Below, in pieces: positions 37,432 through 46,826 of a DNA stretch of 64,000 bases. The DNA is from an uncultured bacterium. Lineage in GTDB: Bacteria > Zixibacteria > MSB-5A5 > UBA10806. The stretch lies in NCBI GenBank assembly GCA_965541585.1, contig CBEUCH010000010.1, positions 32,001 to 96,000 of the forward strand, given 5' to 3'. Position numbers and translations under genes: made by a program. How positions within the stretch are numbered: the stretch's first letter is position 1; each line of letters begins with the position of its first letter. The notes beneath the pieces are model-generated. The model was not told the origin of the DNA. It saw nothing but the letters and a program-made list of their open reading frames with translations, and searched no databases.

Positions 37432-38882
37432 TCTGTTTTCGGCTCTTCCAATTTGAGATATGTTACATCACCGAAATCCGACAGAGAACCGACGATTGCA
37501 GATGTATCGGCCAGAACCATTATGCTCATCGACTCCGGCTTTAAGTATTTTTCCGCAACCTTCTTAATATCGTCGAGAGTGACGGACCGAACGTTATTGA
37601 GATATTCCTGATAATAATCACGGGGGTAATCATCGAACTCCAGCGACATCAATCGGTTGACCACCTCTCCCGGTGAATCAAACTGAAAAACGAAGTTGTT
37701 GATGTAAGAATCACGAGCCGTCTCGAACTCGGCCTCCGATGGCAACTCCTTCCGGATCCTATCGAATTCCTCCGTAAAAATTTCCAGCACCCGGTGTGCG
37801 GACGGTGTCTTTGTCTGCGAATACGCATAGAACAGGCCGAAATCACGGCTGCCGGTGGAGAACCTGGATCTTACGGAATAGGCAAGCCCCTCATCCGACC
37901 GAACCCTGGTGGTCAGCCGCGATGTAAAGCTGCCGGCGCCGAGGATGAAATTCATCAAAGAGACCGCGTATTTATCCGGGTTATCCCGTTTGATACCCAG
38001 ATGTCCGACCCTGATATTCGCCTGGGTGATGTCTTTGTCGATAACGAAGACTCCCGGTTTGAAGGAGTAATCGACATCCGGAATCGGGGGGAAATCGGTT
38101 TCGCTCATCTGCCACTCACCGAATATATTTTTTATTTTTTTGACAAGCTTTTTGGTTTTAAAATCGCCGGCGATAGCAATCATGATATTATCAGGATGGA
38201 AATATCTCTCGTGATAGGCGTCCAGATTCTCTTTGTCAATGTCTTTGACGTCATCCCACTCCAGAATGCGTCCATAAGGATGATCGCCATAGATCAGGTG
38301 AGAGAACTCACGAGAGATAATCGACCCGGGACGGTCGTTGCGTCTTCTGATCGATTCTTTAATTTGCGATTTCTCAAGATCTATCTTATCAGTGTCAAAG
38401 GCCGGATAACGGAGGACCTCGTAGAGAATCCTCAGGCCCGTGTCGAGATCTTTCGCCATAATCGACATGGAGACAGAACCGGATTCGGTCCCGATACCAC
38501 TCTCTACGGAACCGGCGATAAACTCTAATAGCGCGTTCAAAGAATCGGGGCTGAAAGATCTGGTGCCGCCGGTCCGCATGACGGTGCCGGTGATGCCCGC
38601 TATGGCCATATCTTTTTTCGAATCGTAGATTGACCCGGCTCTGACGAGAGCATGGGCCGAAATCAACGGGAGTTCATGATCTTCCATCAGGTATAATATC
38701 ATGCCGTTATCAAGGACTGTTCTGGTAACCTCCTTACCGACCTCAGGCACATCCCATTTTAGTTCGGGGTATTTTAGGTCGGCGATGACTTTTGAACCGG
38801 GGGAGGTTTTCTCCTGCGCATATACATGGCCGATGGCAAATACCATGGAGATAATTATTGTTGTAACAATTAATCTTTTCAT
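37428..38882 (-). CDS. M16B peptidase, non-catalytic subunit (signal peptide)
   Basis: LDNGM...EDHELP, SRLTTRVRSDEGLAYSV; no HxxEH motif. Confidence 0.9.
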   Translation of the reverse strand: MKRLIVTTIIISMVFAIGHVYAQEKTSPGSKVIADLKYPELKWDVPEVGKEVTRTVLDNGMILYLMEDHELPLISAHALVRAGSIYDSKKDMAIAGITGTVMRTGGTRSFSPDSLNALLEFIAGSVESGIGTESGSVSMSIMAKDLDTGLRILYEVLRYPAFDTDKIDLEKSQIKESIRRRNDRPGSIISREFSHLIYGDHPYGRILEWDDVKDIDKENLDAYHERYFHPDNIMIAIAGDFKTKKLVKKIKNIFGEWQMSETDFPPIPDVDYSFKPGVFVIDKDITQANIRVGHLGIKRDNPDKYAVSLMNFILGAGSFTSRLTTRVRSDEGLAYSVRSRFSTGSRDFGLFYAYSQTKTPSAHRVLEIFTEEFDRIRKELPSEAEFETARDSYINNFVFQFDSPGEVVNRLMSLEFDDYPRDYYQEYLNNVRSVTLDDIKKVAEKYLKPESMSIMVLADTSAIVGSLSDFGDVTYLKLEEPKTD

Positions 38883-40435
38883 TTCGCCTTCACCTCAATA
38901 GATTTGACCTTCTTTAGCTTAGCAGGTTCAGCCTGGGCTACCTCTTTCCCCGGCTTAACCAGGAATGCCACGGTGCGATTATCCTCGGTGAAGAATTCGG
39001 TGAGAACCCGCTTTATATCATCTGGAGTAACGGCCTGCCTTTTATCTTTAAGCTTCAGCAGGTAGCTCCAATCGCCGACTTTTGCCTGCATATCGACTAT
39101 ACGGCGGGAGAGGCTGACATTGGATCGCAAACCCCGGACGAAATCAGCATCGAGCTGATTTCTGACTCTCTGAAGCTCCCATTCGCTGGGGCCTTCCGTG
39201 CGGAGTCTCTCGATTTCCTCATAAATAGCCGCTTCAACCTCCTCGATAGTATGGGGAGCTTTGGGAGTAGCCCTGATTTCAAATATATCGGGGAACCTCG
39301 TAAAACTCGAATAAGCTCTTGCGGATGTTACAAGCTGTTTTTCCTCGACCAGGCTTTTGTATAGCCTGCTTGTTCGTCCCCGTGAGAGCAGGCTGGCGAT
39401 AATGTCAAACACCTCCTGATCGCGGCCCCCACCTGCAACCATATGCCAACCAATAGCAAGTCGAGGCTCGGAATCGTATTCGACGCATATGCGACGTTCT
39501 CCGGTCTGCGGCGGTTCCATAGTGGTGACCGGCGGCACCGGTTTCTCCGACGGCGGGATGGAGCCGAAATATCTATCGATTAGTTTGACAACCTTATCGA
39601 ATTTAACATCGCCTACAATACCGATGACAATATTGTTGGGAGAGTAATACTGATGGAAAAACTCCTCCACGTCCTCACGTAAAACGGTTTCCAGATCGGA
39701 GGCCCAGCCGACTACCGGCCAGTTATAAGAATGGGCGGTGAAAGCTGCGGCGTAAAGCTGCTCCCCGAGTTTACGGCGGGGCTCGTTGTCGATTCTGAGC
39801 CGCCTTTCCTCGTAGACGACATCACGCTCAGAGTAGAATTCCCTGAGGATGGGATTCGACAACCGGTCCGACTCCAGGTATGACCAGAGTTCGAGGCGAT
39901 TCGATGGCAGAGATACATAATATTGAGTGCCGTCATTGCCGGTGGAGGCGTTCAAGAACGATGCTCCGTTTTTCAGGTAAGTTTCCCAGAGTTCATCCTT
40001 TACAATATACTGCTTTTGCTCATCCTGTATTGAGGCGATCAATGCTCGCAGCGAATCCACCTTTTCGTTACCGCCGCGGTATAAGGGGCTTTTGGTTTCG
40101 ATGATGGCGTCGGTTAGCTCATGCGCCAGCTCATCGATACGCCTCATGAGGTTCACCTCGGCGTCATAATTGGTGGTGCCGATATTTTTGGTGCCTTTAA
40201 ACAGCATATGCTCCAGCAGATGAGCCGTGCCGGTAATTCCCGGGCGTTCATCGGCGGAACCGACCTTGAAACGGACTCTGGTCGACAGGGTTGGGGATAA
40301 GTGCCTTTCCACCACCAGAAGCTCGAGCCCGTTGGGGAAAGTATGCGTTTTTACATCGAGCTGGATATCGCCCTTTTTCGCCTGCACGGAATAGGGTAGA
40401 GTGACCAGCACCATCGCTAAAAGGAGATTTTTCAT
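38879..40435 (-). CDS. M16B zinc peptidase, catalytic subunit (signal peptide)
   Basis: AHLLEHMLFKGT (HxxEH), LNAST, YSPNN, SRLYKSLVEE; AGGAGGA before ATG 40435. Confidence 0.93.
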   Translation of the reverse strand: MKNLLLAMVLVTLPYSVQAKKGDIQLDVKTHTFPNGLELLVVERHLSPTLSTRVRFKVGSADERPGITGTAHLLEHMLFKGTKNIGTTNYDAEVNLMRRIDELAHELTDAIIETKSPLYRGGNEKVDSLRALIASIQDEQKQYIVKDELWETYLKNGASFLNASTGNDGTQYYVSLPSNRLELWSYLESDRLSNPILREFYSERDVVYEERRLRIDNEPRRKLGEQLYAAAFTAHSYNWPVVGWASDLETVLREDVEEFFHQYYSPNNIVIGIVGDVKFDKVVKLIDRYFGSIPPSEKPVPPVTTMEPPQTGERRICVEYDSEPRLAIGWHMVAGGGRDQEVFDIIASLLSRGRTSRLYKSLVEEKQLVTSARAYSSFTRFPDIFEIRATPKAPHTIEEVEAAIYEEIERLRTEGPSEWELQRVRNQLDADFVRGLRSNVSLSRRIVDMQAKVGDWSYLLKLKDKRQAVTPDDIKRVLTEFFTEDNRTVAFLVKPGKEVAQAEPAKLKKVKSIEVKAK

Positions 40436-40480
40436 CAAGTTCCTCCTTTAAAGAAAAAAAGCTATCATCTGCAACGGCAA

Positions 40481-40509
40481 ATTATAACCATTCAGGTTGA
40501 GAAGTTCAA
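40481..40509 (-). promoter_or_regulatory. sigma70 promoter of the M16-M16-NUDIX-ruvX-mltG operon
   Basis: TTGAAC-N17-TATAAT on the minus strand. Confidence 0.7.
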
Positions 40510-40604
40510 CTTATTCTTGTAAGATGATACTGCCTCCATCCGGCAGGGATTCTTTATTACCTGTCATGACAAAACCGGCCGGATGAATTCTTGCAGGCTT
40601 ATTT

Positions 40605-41942
40605 ATGAGTATCCCGCTTCACGATGATCTTTCAGCGAAACAGATGCGACGCGTCATATATGCGCTGGCCTTTCCCATAGTCGGCACCAACCTGCTTCTG
40701 CGCGGTGTCGGCATAGTGGATACCGCCATGGTGGGGCATATCTCCGCCCAGGCTCAGGCGGCGGTGGGTATGTCGCAATGGATCATAGGTTTTATGATGG
40801 CCATGGTGCAGGGCGTGAACGTCGGCGGCGTGGTTTCGGTAGCCCGGCATACCGGGGCTGGTGATGACGAGGGGAGAATAGCGGCCGCCGATACCGCTTT
40901 CTGGATGGGTATCGGGGCAGCGCTTTTGATGGCTGTCGCCAGTCTTTTATTCGTCGGCCCGCTTTCGACTGCCATGGCCGCCGACCAGGTCTTATCGGCT
41001 CGAGTCCGCTCGTATATGTTGATAATCAGCCTGTTTTTCGTAAGTAAAGCTGTCATTCAGGTAACGAGCGGCATATTCCAGGGCTTCGGCGATACGAAAA
41101 CACCGTTCCGGGTAATAGTCGGGGTGAACATTATACATCTTTTGATCGCATTCCCTCTGGCCTTTGGTATGTTCGGCTTTCCTCGCCTGGAGATCAAGGG
41201 CGTGGCATTGGCCACAGGATTGTCCGAGACCGTGGGTGCGGCATTTCTGGTATATTTGGCTTATAGAAAGAAGCTCCTCTGTTTCAAGTGTCTGTCGCTG
41301 ACGAGGTTCAAAGAGATCGTCAAACTGGGATTGCCTGTCTACGGCGAACGTCTCATAACGACCACGATGCAGATGACGTATACCAGGCTTTTGCTTCTGA
41401 CATCGGTGAGCGCTTACGCGGCCCATACGGTAGGGTTGATGATCGCAGCGGTGTCGTTTCTGCCGGGGTTCGGAATTGCCCAGGCGGCCACAACACTTGT
41501 CGGGCAGAACCTGGGGGCCAGACTTCCGCGTCGCGCAAAAGAATATGGAAACCAGGCCCTCATAATCGGGCTTTCCCTCATGATCGTTCTGGGCTTGACT
41601 TATCTGTTTTTCCCGGAATTCTGGATGAGGATTTTCTCCAACGATCCGGAGGTCATCGATTACGGGATTGTGCTGTGCCGGATTATGGCGGCCATGCAGA
41701 TTCCCCTGGCTTTGACTATTATGCTGGCCGGGTCGCTTCGCGGCGCGGAGCAAACCCGCTGGGTCATGTATTCCACCCTGGCAGGAGCCTGGGGGGCCAG
41801 AATAACAACCGCTTATATTTTCTCCGCGGTATTCGGAATGAATGCCTTTTATATCTGGCTGGCCATGCCGATCGACTGGACGGTGCGCGCCGTCATGCTC
41901 TATCTGAAATATTCCAGCCGCAAATGGAGCCAGGGACAATGA
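40605..41942 (+). CDS. MATE family efflux transporter
   Basis: About 12 TM segments; LAFP...VDTAMVGH, GFGDTKTP, VGQNLGA, LRGAEQT. Confidence 0.93.
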   Translation: MSIPLHDDLSAKQMRRVIYALAFPIVGTNLLLRGVGIVDTAMVGHISAQAQAAVGMSQWIIGFMMAMVQGVNVGGVVSVARHTGAGDDEGRIAAADTAFWMGIGAALLMAVASLLFVGPLSTAMAADQVLSARVRSYMLIISLFFVSKAVIQVTSGIFQGFGDTKTPFRVIVGVNIIHLLIAFPLAFGMFGFPRLEIKGVALATGLSETVGAAFLVYLAYRKKLLCFKCLSLTRFKEIVKLGLPVYGERLITTTMQMTYTRLLLLTSVSAYAAHTVGLMIAAVSFLPGFGIAQAATTLVGQNLGARLPRRAKEYGNQALIIGLSLMIVLGLTYLFFPEFWMRIFSNDPEVIDYGIVLCRIMAAMQIPLALTIMLAGSLRGAEQTRWVMYSTLAGAWGARITTAYIFSAVFGMNAFYIWLAMPIDWTVRAVMLYLKYSSRKWSQGQ

Positions 41943-42005
41943 CGACGTCCCTTCTAACGTCCGGCAAACAAAGCCGTTATGCGATCCCCGCCTTCCTGAT
42001 TTGGC

Positions 42006-42034
42006 CTAAACAGTTAAGCGAAACCTGCCGATAA
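42006..42034 (+). promoter_or_regulatory. sigma28 (FliA/SigD/WhiG)-like promoter
   Basis: CTAAA-N16-GCCGATAA, ending 18 bp upstream of the CheY-like ATG. Confidence 0.55.
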
Positions 42035-42052
42035 GTATGATGGAGAATTTAT

Positions 42053-42424
42053 ATGAGTACCAGGAAGATTTTGATAGTCGATGATAACCCCAATATGTCG
42101 ACGCTACTTTCCGACATCCTCGAGATATTCGATTTCGAGGGCTTCCACGCTGAAGACGGCAAGGAGGCTCTGGACAGGCTCAAAGAGGGAAGTTACGATA
42201 TGGTTTTCACCGACCTGCGGATGCCGGTTATGGATGGCTATGATCTTTTAGACAAGATCAAGACGGAGCACCCGGCCATGCCGGTGGTGGTGGTGACAGG
42301 TTACGCTGTCGGCAAGGGCCAGGACACGGCGCTTTCGCAGAAGGCCGACGGTTTCCTCTACAAGCCGTTCAAGGTGAACGAAATCGAATCGCTCCTCTCG
42401 AAGCTCCTCGGTCTTTCGGGGTGA
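42053..42424 (+). CDS. Single-domain (CheY-like) response regulator
   Basis: ILIVDD, FTDLRMPVMDG (phospho-Asp), VVTG, FLYKPF. Confidence 0.93.
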   Translation: MSTRKILIVDDNPNMSTLLSDILEIFDFEGFHAEDGKEALDRLKEGSYDMVFTDLRMPVMDGYDLLDKIKTEHPAMPVVVVTGYAVGKGQDTALSQKADGFLYKPFKVNEIESLLSKLLGLSG

Positions 42425-42466
42425 ACGCTTAGACTGTATACCCAAAAATCAAAACTGCATAATTAA

Positions 42467-42526
42467 GTAGGTCGGGTTTTAGGAATTTTTTAATCCCTCA
42501 GGATGGAGGCGAAGCGACATCCTGAC
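42467..42526 (+). repeat. GTAG-type REP-like palindrome
   Basis: GTAGGTCGGG... followed by the hairpin TCAGGATG (42498-505)/CATCCTGA (42518-525). Confidence 0.45.
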
Positions 42527-42536
42527 GCATATATGA

Positions 42537-42564
42537 TTGACAATCGGGAGTTTTATGTTATTTT
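42537..42564 (+). promoter_or_regulatory. sigma70 promoter of the secreted T9SS-type protein
   Basis: TTGACA-N16-TATTTT with TGn extended -10. Confidence 0.5.
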
Positions 42565-42585
42565 ATTGTTATAAAGGGGACGTGC

Positions 42586-44877
42586 ATGAAACGGGCGCTG
42601 ATATTTATCATTGGGTTGTTGTTTTTTTCGCTTCTGCCGCTGTTTACTGCGGCGTCAGATAATGATCCATATTTTGAGGACATCTCCGATATTCAGTATT
42701 TCTGGCCGGATACCAACTTCACATTCTTAAGCCACGGCTTTCCCACTACGCCCAGAACCCAGGTGCTGGCAAACGGTCATCTGTATGTGGCCTTCGGTGC
42801 CTATCTGGTCATTTATGAGATACAGGATGACGGTACCCTTTTGGAAACCTGCTCCAAAATGCTGCCGTATGTCATCACTTCAATGGATCATGATGGCAAT
42901 TTTCTCTACCTTACCGGTGTAGATGGTTTAAAAATCTATGACGGTGTGAATTACGACGGTCCTATTCTAATTGGTTCAAATCCAATGCGTTATTTACAGG
43001 TCATATCGAAGATATCCGTATTTGGAGACAGTCTCTACTATTGGTGGGATGACAGCAACTGGGGCGAGGCTGCGCTCGGGATAATCAATCTCCAGGATCG
43101 CTCAAATCCAACAGTTGTTTTTGAATCGGAAATAGATGTATATACTGTTTCTCATCCCCCTCAGAAATATGAGAGATACCTAATAATTACAAGACACAAT
43201 CAATATTACCCCCTAATCATCCTTGATCTTGAAGATCCATCAGGCGTTCCTGTAATTGTGGATTCGCTGAACACATCAGGCCGGTTCATAAAAGTCTATG
43301 ATAATCGTCTATACATCAGCAGAGAACATGGTTTCAGAATTTATGAATTCAATAACGGCCCCCATCCCGAATTTTTGAGCTTTCTTGAGGCAGGCGATGA
43401 TCTCTGGGATATATCGGAGGCTGAAATAGATGGAACCCGATATGGCTTCGTGTGCTCTTGGGGCGGCTTCTTGCTAAAGATCGATCTTAGTGATTTATAC
43501 AATCCTGTGATTGTCGATTCTATCATGTTTCCCGAGGAAATGAGCCATGATTTTAGAGAGATAGAGCAATACGGCGAATATTCTTACGCTATGACGTCAA
43601 GACTGAATTACTATGTCGAACATCCGGGTGTTCATGTAATTGACTGGGATGGGCCGAATGGGCCGGAATTGATTCAATCGGCACAGAAATATTCTTACTG
43701 CAATTCCGTTGTTGTCAATGGGGATGCCATGTATGCAGGTTTGGAATATGAGAAATTTATTGTTATTGACGTGGCCGATAAAAATAGCCCCCAGGTTATA
43801 GATGAAATGAATGACATTATGACGGGTTGGAATCCCAAATTAGGTTCTGGGTATCTATATACTCTTTCAAGAAATACCGTTCAGTTTTATAATGTCGAGG
43901 ATCCCTTTTATCCTGTTCTGGATTGGACATACACATTTCCTTTGCCCGAGGATTATTATATTAATGACTATATAGTCTATGATTCGCTGCTTATAGCAAA
44001 TTATTGTGTTTTCGGCCTTAGCGGGCCGGGCGGCCTTGTCATCGCTAACATTGCCGACCGTTCAGATCCCGAGGTTTTATATGAAAGTTTAGTGGAGTGG
44101 AGAGTTAAACCTCTTCATCTTGATTATCCACTCTTGTATTTTCCTGAGAACATGCATTGGAGCGTGATAGTCTTCGACATTTCAAACCCGAGTAATCCCG
44201 AGCAAGTCAATAGGATTTACAGCAATAACTCTTCGGTAAGTGGAGCTTATACATACGAGGATTATTTATACGTCTTAGCCGGTATTGACAAACTGTATCG
44301 GCGCATAAATCATGGTTTTCAGTTCCTCGGTGAGTATTACCATGGAGCTCAGCATTGCATTTATGTTGATGGCAAGTTGTTTTATTTTGGCGCCCGCGGT
44401 ATCGGCACAGAACCCGGTCTTCAAGTATGGGATATAGAGGCAGATCCGATCAATCCTGTCTATTCCGGTTTTTTATATCATTCTAGCGGATCTCATTACA
44501 ATGATTTCGATATTGACTGGCCCTATGTTTTTATTCCGGCCGGAGTATATGGAGTGATTATTGCTCAATACGACGACCCTACTGATGTGGTTGAGGAAAT
44601 CCCCGAGGTCCCAATTCATGAATCTATCCTATCTTCATACCCGAATCCTTTTAATGAGACGGCGATTTTGAGTTATACGCTTTTGGAGGCAGGCGCGGTT
44701 GATTTATCCATCTACGACATACTCGGGCGACGAGTCTTCCTTCTTACCAATGACTTGCAGCAAGCGGGTGAATATGAGATTACCTGGAACGCTTCAGATC
44801 TCCCCTCCGGCGTCTACTTCGCGCGATTGGAAACGCAAGACGTTTCGAAAACCATCAAGATGGTGCTGCTGAAATAA
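42586..44877 (+). CDS. Secreted LVIVD-like repeat (beta-propeller) protein with T9SS-type CTD
   Basis: Signal peptide; repeats LIILDLEDP, FIVIDVADKNSP, LVIANIADRSDP, VIVFDISNPSNP; CTD YPNPFN...IYDILGR...SGVYF...KMVLLK. Confidence 0.85.
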   Translation: MKRALIFIIGLLFFSLLPLFTAASDNDPYFEDISDIQYFWPDTNFTFLSHGFPTTPRTQVLANGHLYVAFGAYLVIYEIQDDGTLLETCSKMLPYVITSMDHDGNFLYLTGVDGLKIYDGVNYDGPILIGSNPMRYLQVISKISVFGDSLYYWWDDSNWGEAALGIINLQDRSNPTVVFESEIDVYTVSHPPQKYERYLIITRHNQYYPLIILDLEDPSGVPVIVDSLNTSGRFIKVYDNRLYISREHGFRIYEFNNGPHPEFLSFLEAGDDLWDISEAEIDGTRYGFVCSWGGFLLKIDLSDLYNPVIVDSIMFPEEMSHDFREIEQYGEYSYAMTSRLNYYVEHPGVHVIDWDGPNGPELIQSAQKYSYCNSVVVNGDAMYAGLEYEKFIVIDVADKNSPQVIDEMNDIMTGWNPKLGSGYLYTLSRNTVQFYNVEDPFYPVLDWTYTFPLPEDYYINDYIVYDSLLIANYCVFGLSGPGGLVIANIADRSDPEVLYESLVEWRVKPLHLDYPLLYFPENMHWSVIVFDISNPSNPEQVNRIYSNNSSVSGAYTYEDYLYVLAGIDKLYRRINHGFQFLGEYYHGAQHCIYVDGKLFYFGARGIGTEPGLQVWDIEADPINPVYSGFLYHSSGSHYNDFDIDWPYVFIPAGVYGVIIAQYDDPTDVVEEIPEVPIHESILSSYPNPFNETAILSYTLLEAGAVDLSIYDILGRRVFLLTNDLQQAGEYEITWNASDLPSGVYFARLETQDVSKTIKMVLLK

Positions 44878-44920
44878 CTCACCATTTCAAGTTGGCAACC
44901 TCCCAGCAATCCCCAATAAA

Positions 44921-44949
44921 TTGACTTTACCTACATCTGTAATTATCTT
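44921..44949 (+). promoter_or_regulatory. sigma70 promoter of the tilS operon (probably leaderless)
   Basis: TTGACT-N17-TATCTT; 6 nt separate the -10 box from ATG 44956; no SD. Confidence 0.65.
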
Positions 44950-44955
44950 GCCATT

Positions 44956-46332
44956 ATGGACAACGTCGTTGACCGTATTGCAAAAACAATCGATGAGAAC
45001 CGGCTTCTAAAACGAGGCGATTCGGTATTGGTGGCTCTATCCGGCGGGCCGGATTCGGTCGCCCTGCTGCATCTCCTGAATCGCCTTAAGAGTAAATATC
45101 GCATAAAGTTAGCTACAGCCCACCTGGATCACGGCATCCGCCCCGAAGCAACCGAGGAAAGAGTATCCTGCAGAAATCTCTGCCGCAAGCTGAGAATCAA
45201 GTTTCATTCGAAGAAAATGAATATTCCAAAGTTGGCAGAAAAGGAGAAACTGACGTTGGAGGAGGCCGGCCGGACGGCTCGGTATGAATATTTCCAATAT
45301 CTATGCGGCCTCTTCGGCTATGATAAAATAGCCACCGGTCACCATTCGGATGACAGCGCCGAGACCATACTCTTCAATATCGTTAGGGGATCGGGACTGA
45401 GAGGCCTTTCCGGAATCGCGCCCCGGCGCGGCAACATAATCCGGCCCTTGATAGAAATCGGGAAAAACGAGATTCTGAAATGGCTCGAGGATCAAGAGAT
45501 CACCTATGTTCTGGACAGCTCCAACCTTTCGATGAAATATGCCCGCAACAGGATCAGGCGGAAGATCCTGCCGGAGCTCGAGAAACTGAACCCGTCGGCA
45601 AGGCAAAATATCCTGCGCCTGGCGAAAAATGCCGCCGAGGAGATTGAATTTATCGATTCGACAGTGGCATCAGTCTACGAGAAAGCCGTGGTGAGTGCCG
45701 GTAAGAGTAAAATAGTCCTTGATTTAGGCAGACTGAAGGATTATGATTGGAACGTAAAGAAAAAGGTGGTGAGCGAGGCCTATGGCAGGCTGGGCGGACG
45801 CTTTTATAGCCCGCCATCTAAGACGATATCCCGGGCTCGTGAGATCTTTGGCGGCAGAAATGGAGCTAAAGCGCCCCTCGGCCTTGATATCTGGATCGAA
45901 AAATCGCAAAACCGGATCTGCGTTTTCAAAAAAGGTATCAGGCGGAAGAAATTCAAGCTCGCCATACCGGGAATAACAAAAATCCCGTATTCGGATTTGT
46001 ATTTCGACACGAAAATCTTGGGAAGATCAAAGGTGAAAAGACTCGAAACCGCCAGAGATGTTGCCTTGTTCGATAATGCGATGATGAAAGATGTGACGGT
46101 CAGATATTGGAAAAATGGTGACCAGATCCGGCCCTTTGGAATGCGCGGCAGAAAGCTTCTTTCGGATATCTTTACCGATCGTAAGATATCATCATTCGAA
46201 AGAAAAGAGATTCCGCTTGTCACAACCGGCGGTAGGATCGCATGGGTTGCGGGCGTTATGATCTCCGACGATTTTAAAGTCGGAGGGGGGACAAAGGAAG
46301 TCTTAAAAATAACGTTATGCGAGTTATCATAG
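44956..46332 (+). CDS. tilS: tRNA(Ile)-lysidine synthetase
   Basis: VALSGGPDS PP-loop, HLDHGIR, ARY, ATGHHSDDSAET, RPL, RNRIR. Confidence 0.96.
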   Translation: MDNVVDRIAKTIDENRLLKRGDSVLVALSGGPDSVALLHLLNRLKSKYRIKLATAHLDHGIRPEATEERVSCRNLCRKLRIKFHSKKMNIPKLAEKEKLTLEEAGRTARYEYFQYLCGLFGYDKIATGHHSDDSAETILFNIVRGSGLRGLSGIAPRRGNIIRPLIEIGKNEILKWLEDQEITYVLDSSNLSMKYARNRIRRKILPELEKLNPSARQNILRLAKNAAEEIEFIDSTVASVYEKAVVSAGKSKIVLDLGRLKDYDWNVKKKVVSEAYGRLGGRFYSPPSKTISRAREIFGGRNGAKAPLGLDIWIEKSQNRICVFKKGIRRKKFKLAIPGITKIPYSDLYFDTKILGRSKVKRLETARDVALFDNAMMKDVTVRYWKNGDQIRPFGMRGRKLLSDIFTDRKISSFERKEIPLVTTGGRIAWVAGVMISDDFKVGGGTKEVLKITLCELS

Positions 46333-46826
46333 CCAGCAAGAGGCTTCAGGCCAGGGTCAGGTCTCTGGGAAGGAAGATTGCCGGAGATTATAAGACGAAA
46401 AAACCGGTCTTCATCGGTATCTTAAAAGGAAGTTTCATTTTCATGTCCGATTTAATCAGGACGGCGAATATCGATTGCGAACTTGATTTCATGAGTGTGG
46501 CCTCTTATGGTAATTCCAGGAAAGGCGCCGGGGTCGTTCGGTTGCTGAAGGATATAAGCGTCAATATCAGGGGTCGGCACGTGTTGATCGTGGAGGACAT
46601 TATCGATAGCGGCTTGACAGCTAATTATATCAGGAAATATCTTGAGCTCAGGCAACCCAGAACTATAGAATTTGTAACGTTGCTCGATAAAAAGAAGGCA
46701 CGAAAGGTCGACATAGACATAAAATATGTCGGGTTTGAAATACCGGACGTATTCGTTATCGGATACGGGCTTGATTATGGTGAAAGGCACAGGCAGCTGC
46801 CGTATATTGCGAAAGGTCGAGGATGA
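46317..46826 (+). CDS. hpt: Hypoxanthine phosphoribosyltransferase
   Basis: [28 protein letters not shown]. Confidence 0.97.
   Translation: MRVIIASKRLQARVRSLGRKIAGDYKTKKPVFIGILKGSFIFMSDLIRTANIDCELDFMSVASYGNSRKGAGVVRLLKDISVNIRGRHVLIVEDIIDSGLTANYIRKYLELRQPRTIEFVTLLDKKKARKVDIDIKYVGFEIPDVFVIGYGLDYGERHRQLPYIAKGRG

Noticed and set aside
40992..42034. Long alternative-frame ORFs (315 aa minus, 248 aa plus) over the MATE gene
   Set aside because: These are shadow ORFs of a GC-rich real gene with no recognisable motifs. The same applies to shadows over gpmI, the M16 genes, ftsZ and ahcY.
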